A stretch of 64,000 nucleotides of DNA from Octopus vulgaris (GCA_951406725.2 OX597843.1:806001-870000); one strand, 5' to 3'. Shown: positions 13,640 through 27,118, counted from the stretch's first letter. Program-made: numbers and translations. Notes: a model not told the origin generated them from the sequence alone.

Positions 13640-13802
13640 GGCGCAGGAGTGGCTGTGTGGTAAGTAGCTTGCTAACCAACCACATGGTTCCAGGTTCAGT
13701 CCCACTGCGTGGCATCTTGGGCAAGTGTCTTCTGCTATAGCCTCGGGCCGACCAATGCCTTCTGAGTGGATTTGGTAGACGGAAACTGAAAGAAGCCTGT
13801 CG

Positions 13803-13851
<49 letters not shown>

Positions 13852-14060
13852 ATGTGTAGTGTGTGTCTGTGTTTGTCCCCCTAGCATTGCTTGACAACCG
13901 ATGCTGGTGTGTTTACGTCCCCATCACTTAGCGGTTCGGCAGAAGAGACCGATAGAATAAGTACTGGGCTTACAAAGAATAAGTCCCGGAGTCGAGTTGC
14001 TCAACTAAAGGCGGTGCTCCTGCATGGCCGCAGTTAAATGACTGAAACAAGTAAAAAAAA
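13640..14060 (+). mobile_element. SINE family B, full length
   Basis: GGCGCAGGAGTGGCTGTGTGGTAAG head through the ACTGAAACAAGTAAAA tail, with an internal (TA)n(TG)n tract. Confidence 0.9.
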
Positions 14061-14277
14061 AATACATAAATAGACAGATAGACAGACAGATATATCATCA
14101 TAACCCTCATCAGCATTTAATGTCCATTTTGCATGCTAGCAGGGGCTACTCAACTGTTGAGCTGACCAGGTTTCATTTTGTCTTTCGACAAGATTTCTAT
14201 GGCTGAATGCCCTTCCTAATGCCAGCCACTTTACAGGGAGTACCGGATGCCTTTAATATGACACCAACACAGATGCT

Positions 14278-14342
<65 letters not shown>

Positions 14343-14357
14343 ATAGATAGATAGATG

Positions 14358-14397
<40 letters not shown>

Positions 14398-14421
14398 TAA
14401 ATATAGATATATATATATATT

Positions 14422-14840
14422 ATACTCTCTTACTCTTTACTCTTTTACTTGTTTCAGTCATTTGATTGCGGCCATGCTGGAGCACCGCCTTTAGTCGAGC
14501 AAATCGACCCCGGAACTTATTCTTTGTAAGCCCAGTACTTATTCTATCAGGCTCTTTTGCCGAACCGCTAAGTGACGGGGACGTAAACACACCAGCATCG
14601 GTTGTCAAGCAATGCTAGGGGGACAAACACAGACACACAAACATATACACACACACTTATATATATATACATATATACAACAGGCTTCTTTCAGTTTCCA
14701 TCTACCAAATCCATTCACAAGGCATTGGTCGGCCCGGGGCTATAGCAGAAGACACTTGCCCAAGATGCCATGCAGTGGGACTGAACCCGGAACCATGTGG
14801 TTGGTTAGCAAGCTACTTACCACACAGCCACTCCTGCACC
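14422..14840 (-). mobile_element. SINE family B, full length
   Basis: Reverse-complement match to 13640-14060. Confidence 0.9.
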
Positions 14841-14893
14841 TATATATATAATGTTTTTTTGTGAATTCTTCCTATATAGAGAGAGAGCCAGAG

Positions 14894-14952
<59 letters not shown>

Positions 14953-14966
14953 AAGACAGATAGATA

Positions 14967-15104
14967 CAATTCTGTGAAGGCAAGATCAACCAAAAGAAGT
15001 ACGCCATCTGGTGAGAGATAAATATTATTTAATAAACACACAAACTATATGTACTGTTTATTAAATTATATACGTGTTTTTATAATATATGTATATACAT
15101 AAAC

Positions 15105-15174
<70 letters not shown>

Positions 15175-15353
15175 GTATATGTATATGTATATATATATAT
15201 ATGTATGTATGTACATATGTATCTATATATATATTATAAAAAACATATATAATTTAATAAACACACTATATATAGTTTGTGTGTTTATTAAATAATATTT
15301 ATCTCTCACCAGATGGCGTACTTCTTTTGGTTGATCTTACCTTCACAGAACAG
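14967..15353. mobile_element. Foldback element / MITE with ~120-bp terminal inverted repeats around a TA-rich spacer
   Basis: TTCTGTGAAGGCAAGATCAACCAAAAGAAGTACGCCATCTGGTGAGAGATAAATATTATTTAATAAACACACAAACTATA is mirrored almost exactly at ~15270-15350. Flanked by TA. Confidence 0.85.
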
Positions 15354-15859
15354 TATATATATATATATATAAATAAATATGTTTGTGCGTATGTGTGTGT
15401 GTGTGTTTGTATATACATATGTATACACCCACACACACACACACACACACACATATCATCATCATCATTCAAAGTCTGTTTTTCATACTAACACGGGTTG
15501 AACAGTTTCATAGGAGTGGGCAACGCACAGGGCTGTGCTTAACTACAATGTCAGCTTTGACATGGATTCTACAGCTGGATGCCCTTTTATATCACAGACC
15601 ACTTTACAATGTGTACCTGGTACATCTTTGTGCCAATAACTTACAGGAAAGAAAAAGAATGGAAAAAATAACTACTAGGCTTACAAAGAATAAGTCATGG
15701 GGTCAATTTGCTCAACTAAAACGCGGTGCTCCAGCATGACCACATGACTAAAACAAGTAAAATGACTGAAACAAGTAAAAGGGTAAACTGTATGGGTAAG
15801 TCAAAAAGTAATGCCATTTTGTTTAGGACAGGTATAATTACCAACACAAGATCATGTAT

Positions 15860-17220
15860 CATCATCATCATCGTTTAGCGTCCGCTTTCCATGCTAGCAT
15901 GGGTTGGATGGTTCAACTGGGGTCTGGGAGGCCAGAAGGCTGCACCAGGCCCAGTCTGATCTGGCAATGTTTCTAGGGCTGGATGCCCTTCCTAACGCCA
16001 ACCACTCCATGAGTGTAGTGGGTGCTTTTTACGTGCCACCGGCACAGATGCCAGACGAGTCTGGCAAATGGCCACGATCGGATGGTGCTTTTTATGTGCC
16101 ACCGGCACGGGGGCCAGTTGATGCTGGCAACGGCCACGAACGGATGGTGCTTTTTACGTGCCACCGGCACAGATGCCAGACGAGTCGGCAAATGGCCACG
16201 ATCGGATGGTGCTTTTTATGTGCCACCGGCACGGGGGCCAGTTGATGCTGGCAACGGCCACGAACGGAAGGTACTTTTTACGTGCCACCGGCGCTGGTCT
16301 GGCAAATGGCCACGATCGGATGGTGCTTTTTATGTGCAACCGGCACGGGGGCCAGTTGATGCTGGCAACGGCCACGAACGGAAGGTACTTTTTACGTGCC
16401 ACCGGCACAGATGCCAGACGAGTCTGGCAAATGGCCATGATCGGATGGTGCTTTTTATGTGCAACCGGCACGGGGGCCAGTTGATGCTGGCAACGGCCAC
16501 GAACGGAAGGTACTTTTTGACGTGCCACCGGCACAGATGCCAGACGAGTCTGGCAAAGCGGCCATGATCGGATGGTGCTTTTTTATGTGCAACCGGCACG
16601 GGGGCCAGTTGATGCTGGCAACGGCCACGAACGGAAGGTACTTTTTACGTGCCACCGGCTGCACAGATGCCAGACGAGTCTGGCAACGGCCATGATCGGA
16701 TGGTGCTTTTACATGTGCAACCGGCACGGGGCCAGTTGATGCTGGCAACGGCCACGAACGGAAGGTACTTTTTACGTGCCACCGGCACAGATGCCAGACG
16801 AGTCTGGCAAGCGGCCATGATCGGATGGTGCTTTTTATGTGCAACCGGCACGGGGGCCAGTTGATGCTGGCAACGGCCACGAACGGAAGGTACTTTTTAC
16901 GTGCCACCGGCACAGATGCCAGACGAGTCTGGCAAACGGCCATGATCGGATGGTGCTTTTTATGTGCAACCGGCACGGGGGCCAGTTGATGCTGGCAACG
17001 GCCACGAACGGAAGGTACTTTTTACGTGCCACCGGCACAGATGCCAGACGAGTCTGGAAAATGGCCATGATCGGATGGTGCTTTTTATGTGCAACCGGCA
17101 CGGGGGCCAGCCAGTTGATGCTGGCAACGGCCACGAACGGAAGGTACTTTTTACGTGAATGCCCCGCAACGCCATGATCGGATGGTAGCTTTATGTGCAA
17201 CCGGCACGGGGCCAGTTGAT
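15860..17220 (-). mobile_element. SINE-like family C element with an expanded internal minisatellite
   Basis: The tail GGTTGGCGTTAGGAAGGGCATCCAG..CATGGAAAGCGGACGCTAAAC(GAT)n is shared with copies at 22468, 32940, 35420, 36615, 38310, 44805 and 59552. Confidence 0.85.
16020..17220. repeat. About 20 copies of a 62-63 bp unit arranged as an A/B dimer (~125-bp higher-order repeat)
   Basis: A constant part, CGGAWGGTRCTTTTTAYGTGCMACCGGCAC, alternates with AGATGCCAGACGAGTCTGGCA and GGGGGCCAGTTGATGCTGGCA. Confidence 0.95.
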
Positions 17221-17549
17221 ACCTGTCCTAAACAAAATGGCATTACTTTTCGACTCACCCTCGTACATTTGATTCCTCCCTGTGCATAAGTTTTCTCCCA
17301 ACACCTTAGCAGTTTGGTGTGTGTGTGTGTGTGTGTACATCTTCCATCCCATTTTTTATTAATCGAATACACTCACAGTACATTAACTGGTCTGAGGCAA
17401 TAGTCGAAGATGCTAGCCGAAAGTGTCATGAAGTGGTTGGGACAGAACCTGGACTTATGCAGTCAGGAATCAAACTTCATACCACATAGACATACCTGTA
17501 TATGTATAATATGTATATATGTGTATATATATAAATATATATATATGTA

Positions 17550-17598
<49 letters not shown>

Positions 17599-17701
17599 GT
17601 ATATGTATATGTATGTGTATATGTATGTATGTATGTATATATGCATGTATATATATATGCATATACATATACATACATATATATATATATATATGTATAT
17701 A

Positions 17702-17760
<59 letters not shown>

Positions 17761-18195
17761 GAATATACATGTATATTATATATATAAACACATGTATGTG
17801 CGAGTATGTGTGTGTGTGTATAAGCATACACATACATGCATATATTTGAATGCACTTATTGATTTTAGTCATTGAATTATATACGGAAATATATGCATCA
17901 CACATATGTGAATTACATACATGCATACATGGTTACATATATACAATCACATACACAAACATACATACACACATATATACATACATACATACATACATAC
18001 ATACATAAATACATACACACATACATACATACATACATATTTATCATATCAATGTCGCTTTCTACTTTCACTTTTACACTTAGCTTTCATGCAGCCTATT
18101 GAGTTTTATACCACATAATGTTTGCACTATGTAAAAATATATTATTGAAATATTTTATTACTCTATATTACAAAATATATATATATACATACATT

Positions 18196-18229
<34 letters not shown>

Positions 18230-18298
18230 TACATATATATATATATATACATACATATATATGTGTATATATATATGTATACGTATATGTATATATAT

Positions 18299-18329
<31 letters not shown>

Positions 18330-18462
18330 TATTTACATATACATATATATATATGTATATATATGCCTGAGTGTGTATGTTTATGTCTGTAACAGACTTA
18401 TATTCCTTTGTTTGCATGTATGTGCATCATGTGCACGTATCTCAATTTATGCATGTAGAAAC

Positions 18463-18497
<35 letters not shown>

Positions 18498-18773
18498 TAT
18501 TTAGTTATTTATATATATATATATATATATATAGTTATAATTTTATATATATAAAGTTATAATTTCATGCAAAAAAATCAATATACAAATATATTGATTA
18601 TCATTCATAATCTCATACAAATGAGTGTGTGTGTGTGTGTGTGTGTGCTTGTGTGTGTGTGTGTGTGTGTATGTGTGTGTGTGTGTGAGTGAGAGAGAGT
18701 GTGAGACGTGTGCACAAAAGAAAAACATACATTCATGATTTCATACAAAATATTACATAATTACACTTAGGAA

Positions 18774-18831
<58 letters not shown>

Positions 18832-18943
18832 GTGTGTGTGTGTGTGTGTGTATGTGTGCATAGAAATGTAACAGCAGTAGAATATATCAATAATATATTT
18901 TGCATAATGCAAACATTATCTGGAGTAGAACTCAATATATAGA

Positions 18944-18983
<40 letters not shown>

Positions 18984-19107
18984 CAAACATATTTATGTCT
19001 ACGTAAATATGTAGATATAAATATACATATATAAACTTATATATATATGTGGGTGTGTGGGTGTCTATGTGTACATATATGTGTATATATATATATATGT
19101 ATATGTG

Positions 19108-19142
<35 letters not shown>

Positions 19143-19351
19143 ATTAAAAAATGTTGATGAAATATATATATATATGTGATGTGTGTGTATATGTATATAT
19201 GCACTAACACAAGTACACATACATACATATACACACAGATATACACACATATATATATATATCAATCTATTTATCTGTCTATCTAACTATATCATATATA
19301 TATATATATATGTATGTATATATGTGTGTATATATATATATACATATATAT

Positions 19352-19447
<96 letters not shown>

Positions 19448-20330
19448 GATATACATATATACATACATATATATATATATATATATGATATAGTTAGATA
19501 GACAGATAAATAGATTGATAGATAGGCAATTAACAGGCACTCAAGCACACTTACGCATACACGAAATGCACTCCCCCTCAACATCACACACACACACACA
19601 CACATACACACACGCACACACACATGCAGATATACAGTCACAATAGTCATATAGAAAAAATAGGCAATGATGACGATGACGATAATCGTCGCAGTAGTGT
19701 CCTCAAGGATGGTGGGGTGGAGGACAAAACCGCTCGAGATGAGATTCGTAAAGAACCAGTCAGTCACAGACAAATCAGTCGTAGATAAACCGAAAGACAA
19801 ACACACACACACAAACCAACATAGACATACATACTTATACATACACACAAACACACACACATACGCAGATTCTTTGACAGTCGGACATGAGGACAGACAG
19901 CTCTTGGTAGCTGGCGTGACCTTTTTCTAAAGGAGCCGTGTTCTTGCAGTAAGTGTCGTCTGCTGATCGAATAAAAAAAAACCGGAAAAACTTCTTTATA
20001 AAAACCAACATTAATGGCAAAGCTTGGATGGATTCTGTTGGTTCCGAATACAATGCGGAATGTCTTGGCATCGCGTTTGACGTTCGGTTATCGTGTTATG
20101 ATGTCTTTTGTGTGTGTGTGCGTGTGTGTGTGTGTATGCACGTGTGTGTGAGAGAGAGAGAGAGAGTGTGTGTGTGCACATGTGTGTGTCTGTGTTCTTG
20201 TGTGTGCCTCTGTGTTTATGTTTGTATGTCATGATATATATATATATATATATACACATATATACACACATATATATATATATATACATATACAAATGTA
20301 TATATGTATGTATAAATATATAGACTAATA

Positions 20331-20392
<62 letters not shown>

Positions 20393-20487
20393 CATAGGTA
20401 CATATGTTTTATTTATGTTCCTTTTATGAGACCCTCTTAATATATCTGTTCATTTGAATGTCTTTTGTGTATATATATGACAAAATG

Positions 20488-20528
<41 letters not shown>

Positions 20529-20560
20529 GTATATATATATAAATATATATGTATATATAT

Positions 20561-20682
<122 letters not shown>

Positions 20683-21143
20683 GTATGTATATATATTCAC
20701 GTATATATATATATATATATATATGCATATATGTGTGTCTGTAAGCTGCATAGAAAAAGTTTGGTAGGTACATAGAGAGAGAAAGGCAATTAGACAAGCG
20801 GAGATGTAGAAAAGGTTTTCTTGTGCACATACACACACACACACACTCACATTCACATATATATATCTATATATACACATATGTACATAAGTGTGTTTGT
20901 GTACATATGTATTGCTAGAGACCCTCTTAATATCTGTAATGTCTCTCTGTTTGCCTTCCTGTCTCTTCATTCATACATCTGTATGTTCCTATGTTCACTT
21001 TTCTGTGATGTCTGCCAACAAATTGGTTTTACTGTCTATTTATCTATCCACCTACCTATCTATCTATCTATTTGTCTATCTATCTATCTATTTATCTGCC
21101 TGACTATCTATCTATCTATCTATTTATCAGTCTATCTATCAAA

Positions 21144-21183
<40 letters not shown>

Positions 21184-21234
21184 TTATCTGTCTATCTGTA
21201 TATCTATCTATCTGTCTATCTATCTATTTATCTG

Positions 21235-21293
<59 letters not shown>

Positions 21294-21473
21294 GCCTGTC
21301 TATCTATCTATCTATCCTTTTGATCAAAAACCTACCCCACTTTTTTTTTCTCTCTCCAAAAACAAATACTCTACTTTGTAATTTGTTCTGGCTCTGTCCA
21401 GCCCTGTGTCACTAATAAAGAAATATATCTATCTATCTATCTATCAATCAATCTATCTTCCTATCAACCTATG

Positions 21474-21554
<81 letters not shown>

Positions 21555-21669
21555 GCCTATCTATCTATCAATCTTCCTGTCTATCTATGTATATATCTGT
21601 CAATCTATTGATTTATCTATCTGTCCATTATCTCTATCCATCTACGCATCTCACTTTCACACTCTCTCT

Positions 21670-21739
<70 letters not shown>

Positions 21740-22169
21740 CTTTCTCTTTGTATCTATATATCTAACTATCCATCTGAATCATCTCCAATCTTCCATGTAT
21801 GTCCAACCATGGGAAAAACATTAATTTATTTGGAAGCAGGCGAGGCTTGGCAACAGGAAGAGCATCCGGCTGTAGAAAATCTATCACATCAGATTGTATC
21901 TGACCTATGCAAACATGGAAAAAAGGATGTGGATGGTGGTGGAAAAACACATATATATGCATACAATACCCATTGCTCAGTTGTCCACCCTTTTCCTCCT
22001 CTGCATCAATCATATTACTTTATAACTGATTGAAAAGCCCCTTAACCCCTTGGCGGTCGTTGGGGTACTGCAGACGTACAGTGTATCTAGGGCAAGAAAG
22101 CCTGATGGTGACCATCCCTCTCTAGGCTAAACTCATTTTTACAGCTGAGTGGACTGGAGCAATGTCCCC

Positions 22170-22468
22170 TCATTGAGAGAGGGCTCCAGCACTGATGTCA
22201 TCTACCTTGATTTCAGCAAGGCCTGCGATAGGGTTGATCATAAGATCCTCTTGAAAAAACTATCCAGCATTGGTGTCTCTGGAAAGTTACTACAACGGAT
22301 CAAGTGTTTCCTGACAGACTGGACCCAACACATTGTAGTTGAAGGAGTAAAATGAAGCCCAGCCAAAGTCAGTAACGGTGTTCCACAAGGTGCTATGTTG
22401 GGCTCACTTCTTTTCATCGTCTACATCAATGACATTACTGACATCGTCTAGGACAGCAACATAAGAAT
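22170..22468 (+). pseudogene. CR1-group LINE reverse transcriptase fragment
   Basis: DVIYLDFSKACDRVDHKILLKKL..GVPQGAMLGSLLFIVYINDI (RT motifs) with in-frame stops. Confidence 0.9.
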
Positions 22469-22900
22469 CATCATCATCATCATTATCCTCATCATCATCG
22501 TTTAGCGTCCGTTTTCCATGCTGGCATGGGTTGGACGGTGCAACTGAGGTCTGGGAAGCCAGAAGGCTGCACCAGGCCCAGCCTGATCTGGCAATGTTTC
22601 TACGGCTGGATGCCCTTCCTAACGCCAACCACTCCATGAGTGTAGTGGGTGCTTTTTACGTGTCACCGGGCACAGGTGCCAGACGAGGCTGGCAAACGGC
22701 CATGAGCGGATGGTGCTTTTTACGTGCCACCGGCACGGGGGCCAGGCGAGGCTGGCAATGGCCATGAACGGATGGTGCTTTTTACGTGCCACCGGTATGA
22801 GGCCAGTAGGGGCGGCGCTGGCAATGGCCACGTTCGGATGGTTCTCTTACGTGCCACCGGCATTGGTAACTCAGCTGCAATTTCCATTTATCGATTTCGA
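22468..22900 (-). mobile_element. Family C element with 4 internal units, nested in the LINE
   Basis: Same tail and repeat units as 15860-17220. Confidence 0.85.
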
Positions 22901-22984
22901 TTCTGATTCTGATTCATATAAACAGCAAAGTTGACATGGCTTACAGAATGTGTTCCTGGATTCTCAGAACTTTCCGGTTTTTTC

Positions 22985-23287
22985 GTTTTTGTTTCTTCTC
23001 GAGCCATGCCTGGCTCATAAGGGCCGGTTTTCCGGTTTCTTGGCGTATAGGTTCCCCACCTGGACGGGACGCCGGTCCGTCGCAGGTGAGCTGCAAGATG
23101 CAGGAGGAAAGAGTGAGAGAAAGTTATGGCAAAAGAGTCAGCAGAAGTTTCGCCATTACCTTCTGCAGGAGCCGCTTGGAGCTTAGGTGTTTTGCTCATA
23201 AACACACACATCGTCCGGTCTGAGATTCGAAAACGCGATCCCTCGACCGCAAGTCCACTGCTCAAACCACTAGGCCATGCGCCTCCA
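22985..23287 (-). mobile_element. tRNA-derived SINE, family D2
   Basis: Head GGAGGCGCATGGCCTAGTGG..TTCGAATCTC. The 5' half is shared with 619-938; the distinct 3' part is GCGACGGACCGGCGTCCCGTCCAGG..GGCTCGAGAAG. Confidence 0.8.
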
Positions 23288-23320
23288 CTGAGTTTCACAT
23301 CCATAAAGTGCTTAGGTTTA

Positions 23321-23419
23321 CAGTGTTTCTTCAGACCTTAAAATCCATTGGCCTATGGCCTCTCTAGCAGATGACCCCTAGAGTGGCCATAGGCCAATGG
23401 GTTTTCGGGTCTGAAGAAA
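23321..23419. mobile_element. Small palindromic MITE (Tc1/mariner-type terminus TA-CAGTG)
   Basis: 42-bp arms at 23326-23367 and 23378-23419. The same terminus occurs at 63671-63697. Confidence 0.75.
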
Positions 23420-23490
23420 GGCTGAGATTCAAACCTGCAATCCCTCGACAGCGAGTCTGCTGCTCTAACCACTAGGCCATGTACCTCCAC
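23420..23490 (-). mobile_element. Isolated tRNA-like SINE head (family D)
   Basis: The reverse complement reads GGAGGTACATGGCCTAGTGGTTAGAGCAGCAGACTCGCTGTCGAGGGATTGCAGGTTTGAATCTC. Confidence 0.7.
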
Positions 23491-24112
23491 AGAACTTTCC
23501 AGTTGAGAGATATTCACACCATTGTCCTTCTCTTCTCCACTTTTACCCGACCCCACCTTGAATAGTCTACTGTGGTCTCCCCACATGAAACAAAGTATTA
23601 TGAAAGTTGAAGCACCTCAAAGGTCAATTACAAAAAAATAGATGACATGACAGGCCTTGACTATTGGAGTCAACTAAAAAAAAGCTCAAGCTTCATTCAC
23701 TCCTATGCTGCTGAGAGCACTACATCATCTGCAAGATGCTGAAAATATTACATCACTGTTACCCAAATGATGTTGGCATCGCCTTCAAGATACACCCAAG
23801 ACTTGCGCTCAAGCTATCCGGCCACAACATAAATCACACTCACATCTCATAACAATACGGCACAATTATTTCACCTCAATTGGCCCCGCTCCTTTTAGCA
23901 TTACACCAAAGGACATTGAAGCAGAAACAGAACCCATAAAATCCGAGAAATCCTGGATAAACCTCCGGCAGCCGGATATGTCTCCGTAACCAATAAGTCT
24001 CAACTTGCGTGGGCCATGTTGTCCAATTCCTGATTTGAATGGCTTTGCCTGGTGGTGCTTTTAAGTTAGACATGGCCTGGGCCAATACTGGCTGAAACCT
24101 ATCAAAGTAAAG
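23490..24112 (+). pseudogene. CR1-group LINE ORF2 C-terminus and 3' UTR
   Basis: RTFQLRD..LLFSTFTRPHLE*..WSPH..KVEAPQRSITK..LDYWSQL..LKLHSL, typical of the CR1 post-RT region. Likely the continuation of 22170-22468. Confidence 0.8.
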
Positions 24113-24126
24113 TATATATACACGTG

Positions 24127-24160
<34 letters not shown>

Positions 24161-24162
24161 TG

Positions 24163-24193
<31 letters not shown>

Positions 24194-24319
24194 CTGTGTG
24201 TGTGTGTGTGTGTGTGTACACATATATGTATAAATGTGTATATATATATATGTATATGTGTATATATATGTATGCATGTATATATATATATATATATATG
24301 TGTAGGTATATACATATGT

Positions 24320-24358
<39 letters not shown>

Positions 24359-24412
24359 CAAACATATATGCATACATATGTATACATATATATACATGTA
24401 TGTATTTGTGTA

Positions 24413-24795
24413 TCTCTCTATATATAAACGGCAGTTTGTCTGTGCGTGTTTCTGTGTGTCTGTTTGCTTGTACCCTCACCCTGACCACGGCTTTCAACCG
24501 ATTCTGATGAAACTTGACACACACATAGCCCAATGTCATAATTCAAAACTAACGCAGCGAAAATTTTGAAAAGTTCCCCCAGTTCTGAAAAAAATCGATA
24601 AATTCGACATGGGGTCGAGAATCAGAAACACAAACCGCAAACTCTCTAGGGGACGCAACTCCACCTTTGTTAACTAAAAATAAAATTTACCATCATTTTT
24701 TTCCATTTTTTTGCTATTTTTTGGCTATAACTCTCTAAAAATGCTTTATAGTTATTTCTCTTACAAACCTGAGCAACGCCGGGCGATACTGCTAG
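24413..24795 (+). mobile_element. Non-autonomous Helitron
   Basis: 5' TC (TCTCTCTATATATAAA), subterminal hairpin CCTGAGCAACGCCGGG, 3' CTAG. Inserted between A and T with no target-site duplication (TSD). Confidence 0.85.
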
Positions 24796-25071
24796 TATAT
24801 ATATATATATGAGTGTGTGTATATATATGTATGTATATATATATGTGTGTATATGTATACGTATACATATATATATATGTAATACATATACTTACATATA
24901 TATATACATATAGATATAGATATAAGTATGCATATGTGTGTAACATATATATATATATATACATACATATATATATAAATATACAAACATGCAAACATGT
25001 ACATATACATATATATAATGTATATATATATATACATACACACACATACATGCATATACATGTCTGTCTGC

Positions 25072-25136
<65 letters not shown>

Positions 25137-25489
25137 TTTATATATGGATGTATGTATGTATACATACATGTGTGTGTGTGTGTTTTGCAAATGTGATGAA
25201 TAAAAAAGCGAAAGGACAGCAGAGGAGGGACATGTTTTTAACAAATATTGTATTAGTTTAACACTTAAAAAGGAAAGGGAAAAAAATCGAGTTTAACATT
25301 TCTGAAGCTGGTCCTTCATCAAAAGCGAGAGACAGAAGGGGAGTAAGAGGAGGAGAGTGAAAGGGGAGAAGTGGTTGAGTAGAGAGAGAGAGAGAGAGAA
25401 AGGGAGATGGAGAGAGATTGAGAGAGAATGAGAGAGGGGACAGAAAGAGTGAGAGAGAGAGAGAGAGAAAAAGAATAGCAGGAAGTGAC

Positions 25490-25500
25490 ATGATGATGAC

Positions 25501-25560
<60 letters not shown>

Positions 25561-26070
25561 GGTGGTGGTGGTGGTGGTGGTGGTGGTGGTGGTGATGGTG
25601 GTGGTGATGGTGGTGGTGGCGGTGGTGGAAATGAAGGTGGTAGTAATAATGATGGAGATTTCGATGAGGATAATGATGATGATGGTGATGATGATGTTGG
25701 TGGTGGTTGTAAGGATGATGTTGATTGTGGTGGTGGTGGTGGTGAGGATGGTGGTGGTGAGGATGGTGGTGGTGCTGGTGGTGTTGGTGCTGGTGGTGGA
25801 AGTGGTGGTGGCAGTGATGATGCTGGTGGTGACAGTGGTGGTGGTGGTGGTGGAGATAGTAGAAGTGATGATGGTGGTGGTGGTGATGATGGCTATAATC
25901 ATAGTAATGGTAAGGAAGCCGGTGGTGGTGATAACAAGGATGGTGATGACGGTGATGACGTTCGGTGATAGAGACTGCAGTGATTACAAGAATGGCGATG
26001 GTGGGGGAAGCTGTATATTAACGAGGACTGATGATGCTGTGGATGATGATGTGGATGATGATGATGATGG

Positions 26071-26137
<67 letters not shown>

Positions 26138-26245
26138 GGTGGTGGTGGTGGTGTGGTGGTGTGGTGGTGGTGGTGGTGGTGATGATGATGATGATGATGA
26201 TAGTGATAATGATGATGATGATGATGATGATGATGATGGTGATGG

Positions 26246-26289
<44 letters not shown>

Positions 26290-26333
26290 GTGATGATGCT
26301 GATGATGATGATGATGATGATGATAATGATGAC

Positions 26334-26393
<60 letters not shown>

Positions 26394-26427
26394 GATGGTG
26401 ATGATGATGACGACGATGATCATGATC

Positions 26428-26470
<43 letters not shown>

Positions 26471-27065
26471 CCACATTATGGCTCCCACTTCCCTCATTCA
26501 ACACTAACTACAACAACAACTCCATCCAATAAAACTCTTCCTAATTGACTATAAACTTTTACGTTTGTCATAAAATTGTCACAACTCAGTAAGTTGCTCT
26601 TGTTGGTTGTTGTGGTTGTTGTTGTTGCTGTGGTGGTAGTGGTGGTGGTGGTGGTGGTGGTGGTGGTGGTGGTGGTGGTAGTGGTTGGAGAATTAGCAAC
26701 AGCACCAATGGCGGCAGCAATAGTTAAGGACAATGTTGTGGTGGCCGTGGTGCTTGGTGGTTGTAGCAGTGGTGGTGGTAGTAATAGCAGTTATAGTAGT
26801 AGTGGTAGTAGTAGTAATAGTTATTGTTGTAGTAGTAGTAGTAGTAGTAGTAGTTGTAGTAGTAGTAGTGGTGGTGGTGGTGGTCGTCGTCGTCGTCGTA
26901 GTAGTAGTAGCAGCGGCGGCATTGGTGGTGGCGACAGTAATAGTAGTAGTAGTAATAGTTATTGTTGTTGTTGTTGTAGTAGTAGTAGTGGTGGTGGTGG
27001 TGGTGGTGGTGGTGGTAATGGTGGTAGTAGTAATGATGGTGGTGGTAGTGGTGGCTGTGGTAGTG

Positions 27066-27118
<53 letters not shown>

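Noticed and set aside
16020-17220. CRISPR-like alternation of constant repeats and spacers
   Set aside because: The spacers are only two alternating sequences, the array is internal to a dispersed eukaryotic retroposon, and there are no cas genes.
24503-24512. CTGATGA in the Helitron, and CTGAAGA in the 23326 MITE and at 3264, as hammerhead cores
   Set aside because: No stem II followed by GAAA and a cleavage triplet.
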